Origin: Seison nebaliae
Taxonomy: Eukaryota
Direction of reading: 5' to 3'
DNA length: 41,045 bases
Assembly: GCA_023231475.1 (NCBI GenBank)
Contig: JALJEE010001038.1
Coordinates: 1-41,045 of the forward strand
The notes under the pieces are model-generated. The model saw only the letters and a program-made list of their open reading frames with translations. It ran no database searches and was not told where the DNA came from. Made by a program: the position numbers and the translations under genes. This document shows positions 11,620 through 23,900 of this stretch, in pieces. Positions within the stretch are counted from its first letter, which is position 1. Each line of letters starts with the position of its first letter.

Positions 11620-14262
11620 TTGAAAGTGCAAAGAAAGTGCGACGACACAATTGTTACATTCGTCAATAATCGAACTCCCACCAACACGAACAATTTTCCA
11701 CGATCGAGTTTCGAAAGTTCTAGTATATGGAAAAAACTTTCGAAAATTAAAATATTGCTTCGTTCGCTCGTAAATAGGAATGTAATGCCTACGACGAAGC
11801 ATGAAATCGGGTGTCAAACCGACGATATCGAATTAGCGAAATTACCGCTTCACTCTTTATAAAAGTTACTTCAAACGACGGAAACGAAGGATATCCCGAT
11901 ATCTTGGAATCAGCCCTCGAAGAAGACTTCCGTGGCGCGCACAAAGTTAGCGATTCCCACGGAGTCTCCTAAGGTCAATACCAAATCTTCACTCAACAAT
12001 CAACGAAATTCGTTCCAATCCATTCTTCAACAACGAAAACCGAAAAACAAGGCTATTGTGGTCATTGCAACTGTCACTCGCTCTGGCTGTTCTGTCCTTG
12101 GAGCTCCTCCGCAGAAGACTAAAACGATCCTCCGTTCTTCATTCCTCCATCAATCGAATCTAAATTTCGTCAAACTGTGGTGTATTAGAAGCAGGAAGAA
12201 TGACGAATCCTCGAACAAACCCCGTTCCTTCATTATTCGTTGTTAAGTCGATAATCTGCAACGATTTCTTAATCCGGAGCTTTGGTCCGAACGAATTCAT
12301 ATCTGTCCTTTTTTTTCTTCCTCAACCAACGATTTCTTAAAAGAGAGATGTATTGAGTGCGTCTCAAACTCTACAGATGTTTCGATGACGACCCACGCTC
12401 CCTCTCTTCTTCTTCCTCCATTTCTGTCCCAGGTCCTCCATCTTCATCTTCATCCACATCTTTATCACATAACCATCCCTCCGTTTTACCTCCCTCTCCA
12501 TGTTCATCTATATTACTCCCAACTTCCGAAGCGAAGAAACTGTCACTTGTTTCATTCAATTCGCATGGACCGTCGAAATTATGTTCCAGCTTACCATTCC
12601 TTTTACATCACGAGTTAATCTTCATTCAAGAATCCTGGCTCATTTCTCCATATTCGAACTGGCTCTCATTTTATTTTCAACTGCTAATTTACAGATTTAT
12701 TTTATATTTTTTTTTCTTTTTTTCTTAACATAAAAAATAAATAAATAAAATAAATTATTGGCAAAGTGGAATTAATTTAATGTGAGTTCAATGAAGAAAT
12801 TAAACTATAGTATTATTATGAAATAATGATAAAATGCAAGTTTTTTGTCCAATTTATCTTCTTTTAATAAATGTTTGATTATTCTACTCCAAATGACTTC
12901 CGAATGATTCGAATATGAAAAATAAAGTACTTCTGTACTAAATAAACTAACAGGACAATTTTGTCTAAACAAAATTGTCTAGATAATGTCAAAAAATTGG
13001 ACTTTGTCGAAATTGTTCGTTAGCTGAAAAATATTTGATGATGAGAAGTCTAAGAATTATAAGTGACAGAAGCAGTATAATATCAATTGAACCAGCTAAG
13101 ATTCGTGAAGATTTTAAATTTTTTGCGCACCAAACTTCGTCAGACGAAGTAACTCTTATTGGATAATACTTATGTTCGACGCATTTCTCCACCGGATAGA
13201 GATAGTATCTAAACTTACTTATTTGCATTCCTAAATATTTTCCTATTAGCATATTAGACAATAATTTATAATAAAAAATTTAAAAACCATTAGTAATATT
13301 TTTTATACTAGTTATTTCAGAAATAGAAGAAATGACGACCATTAGTAAACAAATTGATATTTTCATTTAAAAAAATTATTTAACAATTGTAAGTAAAAAT
13401 TAGAATTAAATACGGAAAAATTTTAAATCAAATAAGAATTCAAACAAACTTTAATTGTGTTTAATGACTTTGCCTTCTTATTTATTACCACTTATTTCAA
13501 TTTGATTATAATCATAGAATATATATATTTCGATCATCACTCATGACAATATCGTAATTTTAGATCGTTCTCTACGTCATCTAAAACAATCTTATAAACG
13601 TTTATCTCTCACACAAAGAGGTGTATCCATTAATCCCTCAAAAAGTTGTCTTTTATCTTCTTCTCGACTATTCTTCTTAAATCCTCCACTATCTTTCTCG
13701 GTTCAACTATTGATTTCTACAGCCTATCCTCCGTTGCGTTAGATCATATTTGCAACAAATTATGCAAAGCTTTCTTCCCTTATACTCTCTGCAAACGATT
13801 TTCGTTTGCAGTCGACGCCCGTTCTTGTCTATTGACCGCGCTTACAATCGGCTTATTTGGAGATTAGTTTGTTGTTTTCACAGATGTAACCGTTCTCTGC
13901 TTTTCGCAACAGTCGGTCTTCTTCCCTTACCCATTTTCTTCTCCCGTCGATTTTTTACTCTTATCGACAAAATCACCGAATCCAATTTCCACATTTCTCA
14001 TCTCACAAACGCTAATCTTTTTCAGAATCGATCAATCTTTTCACATACCCTCCGGTATTACGGTTGGTCTCATAATATGAATCTACAAAATTTCAGAGAT
14101 TTCATTTTCTCTTACGACCCCTCAGAATCTATGCCAATCGATCTGAAATCTCTCGCGGAATTACACCGATTGATCAATATTGGTGAAGATCGAAATTTCT
14201 TTACTCTATTTTCTTTTTTATCCCGTCGGGAATTTGATTAATAAATAATAATAATAATAATA
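11620..14262 (+). mobile_element. APE-type LINE relic: ORF1, start of the endonuclease, large deletion/insertion, RT C-terminus and (TAA)n tail
   Basis: ORF1-like segment ending RSFIIRC*VDNLQRFLNPELWSERIHICPF. APE N-terminus KLSLVSFNSHG...IFIQESWL (~12535-12640). Foreign insert at ~12690-13520. The RT end (NIVILDRS...RGVSINPSK, CCFHRCNRSLLF) is homologous to 5555-6142. It ends LSRREFD* followed by AATAAA(TAA)n at 14240-14262. Confidence 0.88.
12980..13490 (-). pseudogene. Truncated paralog of the orphan membrane-protein gene (upstream region, exons 1-2) nested in the LINE
   Basis: ATG at 13366 gives MKISICLLMVVISS. Exon 2 YLYPVEKCVEHKYYPIRVTSSDEVWCAKNL matches YDLYSIKKCGDKKYYSIRITSS...EIWCASNL. 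It has the same second donor (GTTCAATTGATATTAT), and upstream 13430-13480 matches 7560-7610. Exon 3 is missing. Confidence 0.85.
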
Positions 14263-14300
14263 TAATGAGAATACATTCTCAACCTATATTATTATCACAT

Positions 14301-14455
14301 ATCGAGATAACAACATCCTAATCGGTGTGACATTTAAAGAAGTTCTCCTCGATAATTTCTTGACCAAAGAACATGTCATGTTCTTTCGACTATTCTTCTA
14401 ATCATGTTCAACATGATATTTAATGAATTTAGTCATTTCTGATAAAGTGAAAAAT
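14301..14455 (+). pseudogene. Decayed duplicate of the MTHFS 3' end (start of the right copy of the duplication)
   Basis: atcgagataacaa...atcggtgtgacatttaaagaagttctcctcgat...agtcatttctgataaagtg matches 10790-10900, with a 40-nt insertion at 14376-14415. Confidence 0.9.
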
Positions 14456-14895
14456 AATAAATTTTTTTTTTATTTAATATTTTTTTTATTAATAATCTCC
14501 TCGGGTTAATGTAAAAAGAAATAATGATATAGTTATTACTGTAGGTTTAGTAGAGGTTCTTTACTGTCCCGCGGATTCGATGGCTGGTTTAGGGAGCGGA
14601 GCTCCCGTTAACCAGAAGAATTCTGCTTCAGATATTACTGACGTGTAGAGTTCGGATCACTCGGAAGCAAGATATATCCAACGAGCACTCAATTTATTGC
14701 AAATAAGTCAAAAAGTGCAGAAAAACGAAAAATGACATCGCGATTTTCATGAGCACAATCCGCAATATAGCAAATAATAACTCATTCTGCTTCTGTCGCT
14801 TTGTTTCTAGGCGATTCGTGACAACTCCTATATCGATCAGATCAATTATCGATCAAATTTATGAAAATTTTAATAAATAAAAAATTAAATTATAT

Positions 14896-17800
14896 TCAAC
14901 ATTGATAATGAAGTTGTCTTTTTAAAATCATCTGAATATCATTTGTAAATGAAGTTGTTTTATCGTTCATCGATTGTTTATATGTTGTGGTTCGATGTTT
15001 TAATGCTTCCAGTTTCATCTCTCGGTTGCGCAGTTCCGTCTTACGTCTGTTTACCCATAAATTTTTTGAGATTCCACAAACCTTCTTTTGTTTTATCATT
15101 TTTAATAAATTTCTTTGTAATGTGCTTATGGCGTTTATGGGAGAGATATATGGGGCGAATCTGGTAAGATAAGTATCTAATAAATTTGACGTTCGTGGAC
15201 AATCGACTAAAATATGATTCAATTTCCTTAACATCTGGTGTTCGACGGAGACTAATGTACTCGATAGTGTTATTGATTTATCATATTTGGTAATACTCTT
15301 TTTCGCAAACGGTCGTGTTAACTGTGATGAAGAATGTGCGGAATCTGCAAAATTTAGAGTCGTCTAAATTGATATAAAAAGTTTGATCGGTAGAATAAAA
15401 ACGAACTCGATATGCTTTGTCCACCATGAACCGTAAAACAAAATCTAAAGGCCTTGAAGGTTCTTCAACGTATTATTTAAGAGTTAATTTAATTAATTAT
15501 TTGGAAGAAAATAACTAGTGGCATCTTTAAATTCCTTAATTATTTGGACACGACCGATCGATGGAGAAGCTGGAATTTTCGAATGTGGCTGTACGACGTA
15601 CGACAATTTTATATCATAGAAAAATTGATTGAGAAAAATTCGAGTAAACTTTCATTCGTGATGACGTCCTCTTATAAATTATTCGTTTATTCAATGTTGC
15701 CGGTTCGGGATCTGATAATGGTGATGAAATAATGGTAATGGTAAAAACATGAAACTACTTTCTACAACTTCTTCTCTCAATTTCTCCAGTAATTGCTGAT
15801 TTTGAGATTGATTCAATCCCAGCGACGTACGTAATTGCACGGCAATTTTATATTCTATGATCTTCTATTAAAAAATTTCTAAATGAACTTCAGATGATTC
15901 TCTTGAATTATCGAACTTTATTCGTACTTGGTCGTACCTGCAATCCTGGAATATAAATTGATCCTCGTTCTAAAAATAATAAAATCTTTTAGAATTTTTG
16001 ATTTGGAAGATATAACCTTCGACAGTAACAATAGGCTTATCGTTTTCGAAAACGGTCAAGAATATAGGAAATGTGCAATCAGATATATGGAATTCAACAA
16101 ATAAGGGTTGAGGTCGCGATGAAGTGAAGAATTTAGTCATGATGAGAACATTCTCAACGACACAATATTTTTTAAAGAACTCAACATACATATATTCCAT
16201 ATCATATGTCTCGGTAAGATTACTTAAAGGAAATGTATAAAATTTCGATAATTCATATGTCGACATGACTTTTTCTCTATCTTTACTCAAAATCGGATAA
16301 GGCACTCCATGAGGAACAATGGGTCTAAATGATACTCTCATTTTTTCAGCTGTGTTTCTTCGGTTGTAATCGAATGATTGGACAGGACTAAGATTTAAGG
16401 ATGAATGTGAATAGTGGCCATAATAATCGGCTTGCCAAATCGGTTCCTCCGATTTCCTTGATTGAAATTCCAGAAGATTTCCACGCACTTTCTCACTTGT
16501 TATTAAGCATGGTATTCCGCTAAAGTGATTGATGGTCCATTTCACTTCCGCACAATTCAAAAAGGAGAATGATGTGTTACAAATAGCGGGATTTGATGTA
16601 AAAGTAATGAACAATGTGTAACCATTCTAAAAGAGATTAATTAAGCAAAGTAAAAAGATCTTAGGAACCTTATTGGGCGGATAAACATATGGTAATGGAC
16701 GATTGCCACTTGTTGGCAATGTTTTCCCACTATCATTATTGACAATACTCAAATAACAATTTATAGTTTCCATCAGAATTTCCGATTGAGTTATGGCATC
16801 ATATTTCGATAATTTGGTTTCTTTCGATTTGTTCCTAAATTTCTCCATAAATTTCTCTTCATTCATTTGAACTTCGTAGGTGAGAAAAAAATGTTGTTTA
16901 AATCTCACCGGCAACCGTTTGTAATGACCGATTAAATCCGTAAATTCTTTTTTAGAGAACGATGAAAATAAAACGACACTGAAGAATATTTATAGAACAA
17001 AACGAAAGTTTTTATATGAAGAACCTGAATAGAATTTGATATTTTGTTAGGGCACGACTCATGGGAGATCGTTCATCAAATCGACTATCTGGTTGTTGAG
17101 TCAATATTGATGAAACGCCTTGATATTTGTTGGAGAATAAGTTAGAAGTCGGATCTTCAAATAAATCGATGTCTTCAAGTGGAAAAAATTTCGGTGGAAG
17201 ACTTTTAGATTTAATATCAGCGATACAACACTCGTCAATAAAATGATAATTCAATAGACGAATTAAATTCTCAGAATTATCTTTTAGATGCGATCTAACT
17301 TCGGTTAACATTTTCTCCATTTTAACAGTTTCATTATTGTGCTGTACAGTTAAGGTTGGTTCTTCGAACGGATCAAATTCGGGTACATTGAAAAATATGT
17401 TTTGATCCACTAATAAAAATGATCGAAGCATACATACATGTTGCTTAACTGTTTCTTGACATTTCTTATCATCCACCAACCAATCTAACGGTAATTTTTT
17501 CAAGTTAACAAATCGTAGTAGGAGAATTCCTAATACCTTCGCTAATTTCTTTCTTAATGGTTCCTTTTGATGATCGGAAACAGCGTAAACGGCACAAAAA
17601 TCTTTTAAACTCTTTTCCAATGTTGATAAGCTAAATCCCTGATTGTAGCCCAATCGAATGACATTGCAAATAATTGATGAAAAAATTTCGTATAATTTCT
17701 CATAAAATATTTTCAAACAACATGACGGCTGAAAAAAGAATATTAAAGTTTCAATCAAATTTCTCGAAAATAAACTTGAAATAAATAACTGATGGCATTA

Positions 17801-20545
17801 GCACAGTCACCAATATCTAATCGATAATTTGAGAATATTTCGAAACAGGCAGCAATTGGCGTCTGTATTTGAAGATGAATAATTAATCGTTTCTTACTAC
17901 CAATATATGAAAATTTTAAATAATTTTCATAAACTTTTATAAAAAATTCAAACTTTGCTGGTATGGAAAATTGGTGGAATGTTTGTAATTTAGTTAAAAT
18001 AATTTTTGTTCGACAAAATCCTCCGATTTTATCATAAAGTATCCCATTTGACTTGAAATGATTAGGACTAAATGCTATTTCGAATAAAGCAACTGTTGCA
18101 TTAATATTCGTTCGAACTAAACGTGATTTGGCAGTTAACGATTTGGCTTTTTTCACCGAAAAAATATTCGGTACTTCCAATAGTTTGCCAATTGATTGAA
18201 GTCGAAATAAGATACAATTATCTTCAGGTGGACAATCGCTCACAATATAATAATCGTAAACATAGTCACGATTTAGAAAGAATGGAGGAAATTGGAATGT
18301 TGGTGGAAGGAAACAACCATTAGATGTCCGATAATATTTTGGATTGATTGATATCCTTTTCATATTACGGGAAGGTTCGATCATTTCATATTTCCCCAAA
18401 TTTGGTTGTTCTACTACGATAATTCGATATCGTGTAAATTGTTTCCGATGAAACAAAAATCCAGATTCTTGTTGCAGAAGAGTCTGGTTAAACCAGTTAA
18501 TGGACTGTGTTAGATCTGTCGGTTTTGGAATATCTTGTGAAAGTTCCGACCAATCTATTTTATTTAATATTTTCAATGCCTAATAAGATGAGATTTGAAT
18601 TAAATTTTAAATAAAAAAAAATTAACTCGTTTTGGTATGTCGTCTTCCTTGATAGTTGATTGAACGCATAATTTTATCGCATCCTTTAAGTAAATGTTAT
18701 CAGAGAAATTATCTAAATGATTAATTAATTTATCGATCAACACTTTCTCAACGGAGAAATGAATATAAGTCGGTTTGACTCCCAAAACTGCCAATTCCAT
18801 TTCTTTAATGATTGAACTTATTTTTGAGATATATTCTTTGATCAATTTGGAAAGTTGATGTTCTGTAAATAATTCAGCATGAATCTTTTCTTTCCACAAA
18901 CATTTTTTTTGATAAGCAGAAATTTCTGATAAAATAGATAAAGAATATGTAATTGCTGGATTATCGTTAGCGAACACGAGTTCTTTCTTTTCATCATCAG
19001 CAATTGCCAAATATCTGAAGCAATTCATTTCTGAAAAATGATATTCAAAAAAATGTTTGATAAAAAATCTTAACTATCATTTGAGAAATGTGAAATTAAT
19101 TTTCCTTCACGAGTATAGAGATATTCAGTTATTGGGAATTTCGGATGTATAACAACACCATAAAAATGACTGAACTTATTACTATTACAATAATATTCGT
19201 GTAATGATTGATGGAGGATTGCTTTCGATCGATAAGTTTTCCATTTCGGTTCTTCGTAAAATCGAGCCAAACCATATTTGAAGATTAATGGATACATTTT
19301 ATACAATTCTTGTTTTGGACCGATTCCCAAAACATTCAAAAAAATGATTGGTGTTGCACCGACAAAAAATTTTCTAATGCTCTCTAAACAAGTATGTATA
19401 GGTATCGGTTCAACGGACACTTTCTCCTCATCTATTTTTGACATCTGATAGTCACTCGATTCAGTCAATTGTTTTGTATTATTTTTAAGGTTTATCTCAT
19501 AATCATAATTAGATTCATTTGCTGATTCTCGAAATTGAATTGAACTATTAAATTTAATATTAATCGGTTATCTTTATGACTATGTAACTTTAATGGCAAA
19601 TCTTCTGGTATCCATCCAGTGATTAATTCTAATATGAATGCTTCAAAATATTTCGTTTTTTCTTCTTCATAATTTCTAAATTGAAAATATTCGACTTATG
19701 ACAAGAACATGATGAATTGATTGTTAACGATAATGATAAGATTTTTAAGATTGCTTTCGTAATCAAAATTGGCCATAATTCTTTCAAATCACATGGCATT
19801 AAAATTAGTTTTTCTCCATCCTTCCCTATCGGTACCAAATCGTCAATCGGAATACTTTTCCACTCTCCCTACAAAATACGAAAAATAAGATTATTGCACA
19901 TTTTCGATGGAAAGAACAACCATAAAATAAAGTTTCACTTCGAAACAATTACACTGCTCAAATGGACCTTCCCATCCCTGTGTTTTCTTTCCAACTTTTT
20001 TAAATCTAAAACTGCTCATATTCCTCGATGGTTTCCGTACCAGACTACCTAAATATTCGCAAGCACCAGAAAATCCATCGGGCATTGTTATTTCTCGTAG
20101 TTGGAGAATACCATCAAGATTAGCATATTGTTGAAATATCGTTCTTATAACTGAACTTTTCATCAAAATTTTACTATTCTTCTCTGCCAACATTATCATA
20201 TAATTCTCACTTCGTACGACTGTTTGACGCTATAATATTTCATTATTACAAAATATTATATGATGGAAATCTCACTTTCGTTTTTTGATATTGTTGACGA
20301 TCTAAATGCGTCCATTGATGAATGATTAATCCATTCGGATATACAATGTTCCCTTGATTATCATGTTGTGGATATTTTTCAATAATATTTTTCGGATATT
20401 TCGAAATACAATTCTCATCAATTAATCGTGAGTCAAATTTGAATTGTTTCTTGTGAAAAGTCCCTCCTCCAGGTTTCGAACGAGCAGTTAAATTAGAACC
20501 AGTATCCGTGTCCGAACACCAAGGCTCCCAAAATGATACATCCAT
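14896..20545 (-). CDS. ADGB: Androglobin-like protein A (calpain-like, permuted globin-like and coiled-coil regions), ~16 exons, roughly 1,600 aa
   Basis: The spliced model gives FWEPW, VKLYFM|GEWKSIPIDDLVP...ELWPILITKAILKI, LELITGWIPE, YVYPPNK|NGYTLF, IFLTVFENDKPIVTVE|ERGSIYIPG and DFVLRFMVD. These match, in order, androglobin motifs as I recall them (VKLYWMGCWRKITIDDFLP, ELWPMLLSKAIIK, HALTGWLPE, NKKGYTF, KGQAIIP, WVLRLV). All ORF breaks are bridged by short GT-AG introns. Confidence 0.85.
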
Positions 20546-20915
20546 TTTTTCTTCATTAGCTCTTAAATAATTTCACAGGAAATTGTAAAGAGAGGTTAAT
20601 TTGAATTAATGATGATAATTGTAATTTCAATTAAACCGATCTTGCCATGTGCTTTTAATCGACATTCTGTTCGTTTCACTTCACTATGACCAATCCAATT
20701 TGTAGAACGATGTTGAAAATCGAATCAATTCAGTTGAAATCAAATTGATTTTTAATGATTCTATTTTTATTCTGATTTAATTTATTACAAATTTTGCCTT
20801 TTTATTTCGAAAATTAATATTGTTGTAAAAAAAAAGCGAATCTACTCGATTTTATCATTAATTCTTCAATATTCCCAATATAGTTTTTTTTTTTTTATAT
20901 ATATGATACTGCCAC

Positions 20916-23900
20916 TCAGTCAGTTGATGATGTCTCAAATACCAAATTTTTGATTTTCGTCTCACCAATACTACTAGGAGTTCTGGAAATGGCTCTGCAG
21001 ATGAAATTCATATGAAAATCTTCATTTTTCATATAGCGATAATGTTTTAATTTATTTGCCTTCAGTCGTCTATACTGTGCATCAGATTTAATCTGATCAC
21101 TTAAGTGAGCAGTTAAATACCTTATTGGTCGATAAAACTTTTTCTTATCAATTTTCTTTATTGTTTCTATATTGAATTTCGAACGATATTCTTGTGCACG
21201 TTTTAATCGTCCAGGCTCCATATTTTCTACTTCAAATTTAAATTGAAAAATCTTTCGGATTGTATCTGCACTTCGTGTAACGTATAAGTATTTCTTTTAA
21301 TCCAAATATCAACTTACATGAAACGTCAAATGAGAACAATAAAAAAATTTAACATTTTCCGTTTTATTTACGATCAGTCGAATGTACCAAAGTGAAAAGT
21401 CGATTTCCAATAAAGCATTCCGCTTTGATTGTCTTCCTTCTTAAATTAAATGACAAATTCTAAGATCATTGATAATTAACTGTCAAATCTTCCTTCGGGT
21501 ACTTCACTTGGTGAGGGGCCTAATGTTGGCTTGAACAGTTCACTAGCTGCAAATTAGAAAGAAATAGATAAAGTTTAATTTGAATTCGAATGTTTGACAC
21601 CTTTTACCGAATTAAATTTTAAGTTAGTTATCTTCGTTAAAGTTTCGGTTTGTTCTTTGGTCAATTTGATGGGTTTGAGGAATCGCATTTTAATCGTGTA
21701 TCTTCTTCCGTATGAACTTTGAGACTAATTCAAATGAAATTTGAAATGATTAAAAGATGGAACTGGTTTTTTGTGAGTGGCTTTTGTCAAATAAAACGAT
21801 GGTAATTCTAAAAAGATTCTACAGTAATTTTTTAGTCATTTGAATAAACCATCACTGTCGTCGTAAGATCTTTCAAAGGAATTTGCTTTCCGATTATTAT
21901 TATTACCACAAAGAAAGACTCCAGGCATGAACATAGTACCTTTACCTTTTGGTGTTTAAATTTAAAAATTAAAAAGTAAATAAAAAATTTTAATTAAAAA
22001 AATATTAAAATCATTAAATTTTAACCGGTTTGTTTCCGAAGGATTTTATTATTGTCTAATATTGTCAGTTCGAAAACGGCGGTCGGATCCAAGAGAGAAA
22101 TATGAACAGAAATCGTAATATCATGCAAAATTGTAAGATATTTTCTATCCGAATGAAATTAATGTATTGGAGTAAATTACTCCGCAGAAATATTTTAAAC
22201 TTTACACTAGTATCCGGTTTATCGGGGAAGATGATATCAGGAATTTCAATGATACTATATTGAGGATTTCTCGCATATTCTTGTACATATTTCCCATTTC
22301 GGAGAATATTCGTTAGATTATAAATCGAAGTATGATAATTGAATGGCACTAGTTCTCGATTGTCTTCGAAAACTTCTTCTATAAACGCTCGACTTTCCAC
22401 CCGTTTCGGGATGGTACGTCCACCTCTTTTACTGGAACTCTCTTTATCATCATTTTCTAAAACGATTTTCTTGTCTTTCCTGAATCGTTGTTTCTTCTTA
22501 GATTTAGTTGGATGTGGTTCTTTGTCTTTGCTTTTCTTATCCGTTGTATCATTATTAATTACCTCTTTTTCTTTTGGAAGTTTCATTGAAGATGTTAAAA
22601 TTGGTTCTGGATTGGTGGGTAATGGCGGTCGACTGGTAGTATCTTTCGACGCTCTGAATTCGGTGAAAATACTCGCCTCCTGTTCACGAATACTCGTCCA
22701 ATGATTCTGTATTATCAAAGGTATGGCCGTTCCACTGATAATAGTGAGAGACCAATTACCCATGATGGAAGTTATACCTTTATCTTCACAATAAGAGAGA
22801 ACGGTAGGATTGATATAAGCGCAGATAGTAAAAGTATATCCGAACTAAATTTAATTTATTCCTTATAATATCTTTGCAAGAGAAATTTATAACTTTATTT
22901 GGTGGATAGAAATATGGACAATTTATCATTCCAAAATTTGGAAGAGTAAGACCATTATCATTGTTAATTATCGTTAAGAAACCTTTGATGGTATTAAATT
23001 TCTCTTTCGCGATTTTACTGTCTACATGGGAAAGAGTCGAATCTCCCGATCCTGACATAAATTCACATTGAACAATTAAATTGTAATAGTAGAAATGTGG
23101 AATGTTTCCATTAAAATATTCAGATAATCTACTAAATTCTTCTTTAGTAAATGCTGAATGAAAAATAGTTCTATGTTAAACAAATGGAGAAGAGTAATTT
23201 TTTTACATAATGAAAAAAAAATAAACTGATATAATATCGAATGAGACAATAAACGAGTAGTGTCTTCACCGGGTAACTTTAATTGGATAGCAGTCCCGAA
23301 CAGATCAGGCACCTTCGTTCTTACTGTGACATTCAAATTCGTCTTTCCTTGTAATTTGAAGGAATGTAATTTTTGTGCGTTAATCGTAAGAGACGGAAAG
23401 AGTTTGGAGGGTTCAACGAAAAAATATTTCAAATATTTCTCAAATGCCGGCAGTCCGGCTGTCTGTCGTCGTAAATCACCGAGAGTTAATTCATCAACAA
23501 AATATTGAAAAAGTTGGTCTGCATAATAATCGAAATTTTTATGAATTTCCAAAGTCAATTTCTCAAAAATTGTGTGAGCAATCTGGTTTTCTGGTGTGGA
23601 TTTCATCCGATAATCTTTCAGATTCTCCACTTTCAATTCGAGTGGATTACCTAACATATCAAATTTAACTATTCGTTTCTTATCTTCATAAACTAATCGA
23701 TTAATTTCAAAATTGATTCAAAATTATAAATGAATGAAAAAACTTGATGCGTCGTCATTTGATGCTATATCACTATCAGAGTGTCCCGAGTCTAAAACGG
23801 TGAAGAGATATGGTTTCCTGATATAATCCATTTGATTAGGAAACAATTTATCCAATTTTCCTACACAATTATTCACCGTTTCATAATACGGTTTTTGGAT

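Noticed and set aside
12371..12559. Acidic minus-strand ORF (DEDEDGG...EEEEERE)
   Set aside because: It is the antisense shadow of the pyrimidine-rich LINE segment before the endonuclease domain.
14592..14606. GC-rich hairpin GGGAGC-GGA-GCTCCC as a terminator or Helitron end
   Set aside because: There is no adjacent CTRR end or other diagnostic. It is probably part of an unclassified repeat in the 14455-14843 insert.
20638..20660. RFX X-box upstream of androglobin A (CTTGCCATG)
   Set aside because: Only an imperfect half-site, expected by chance.
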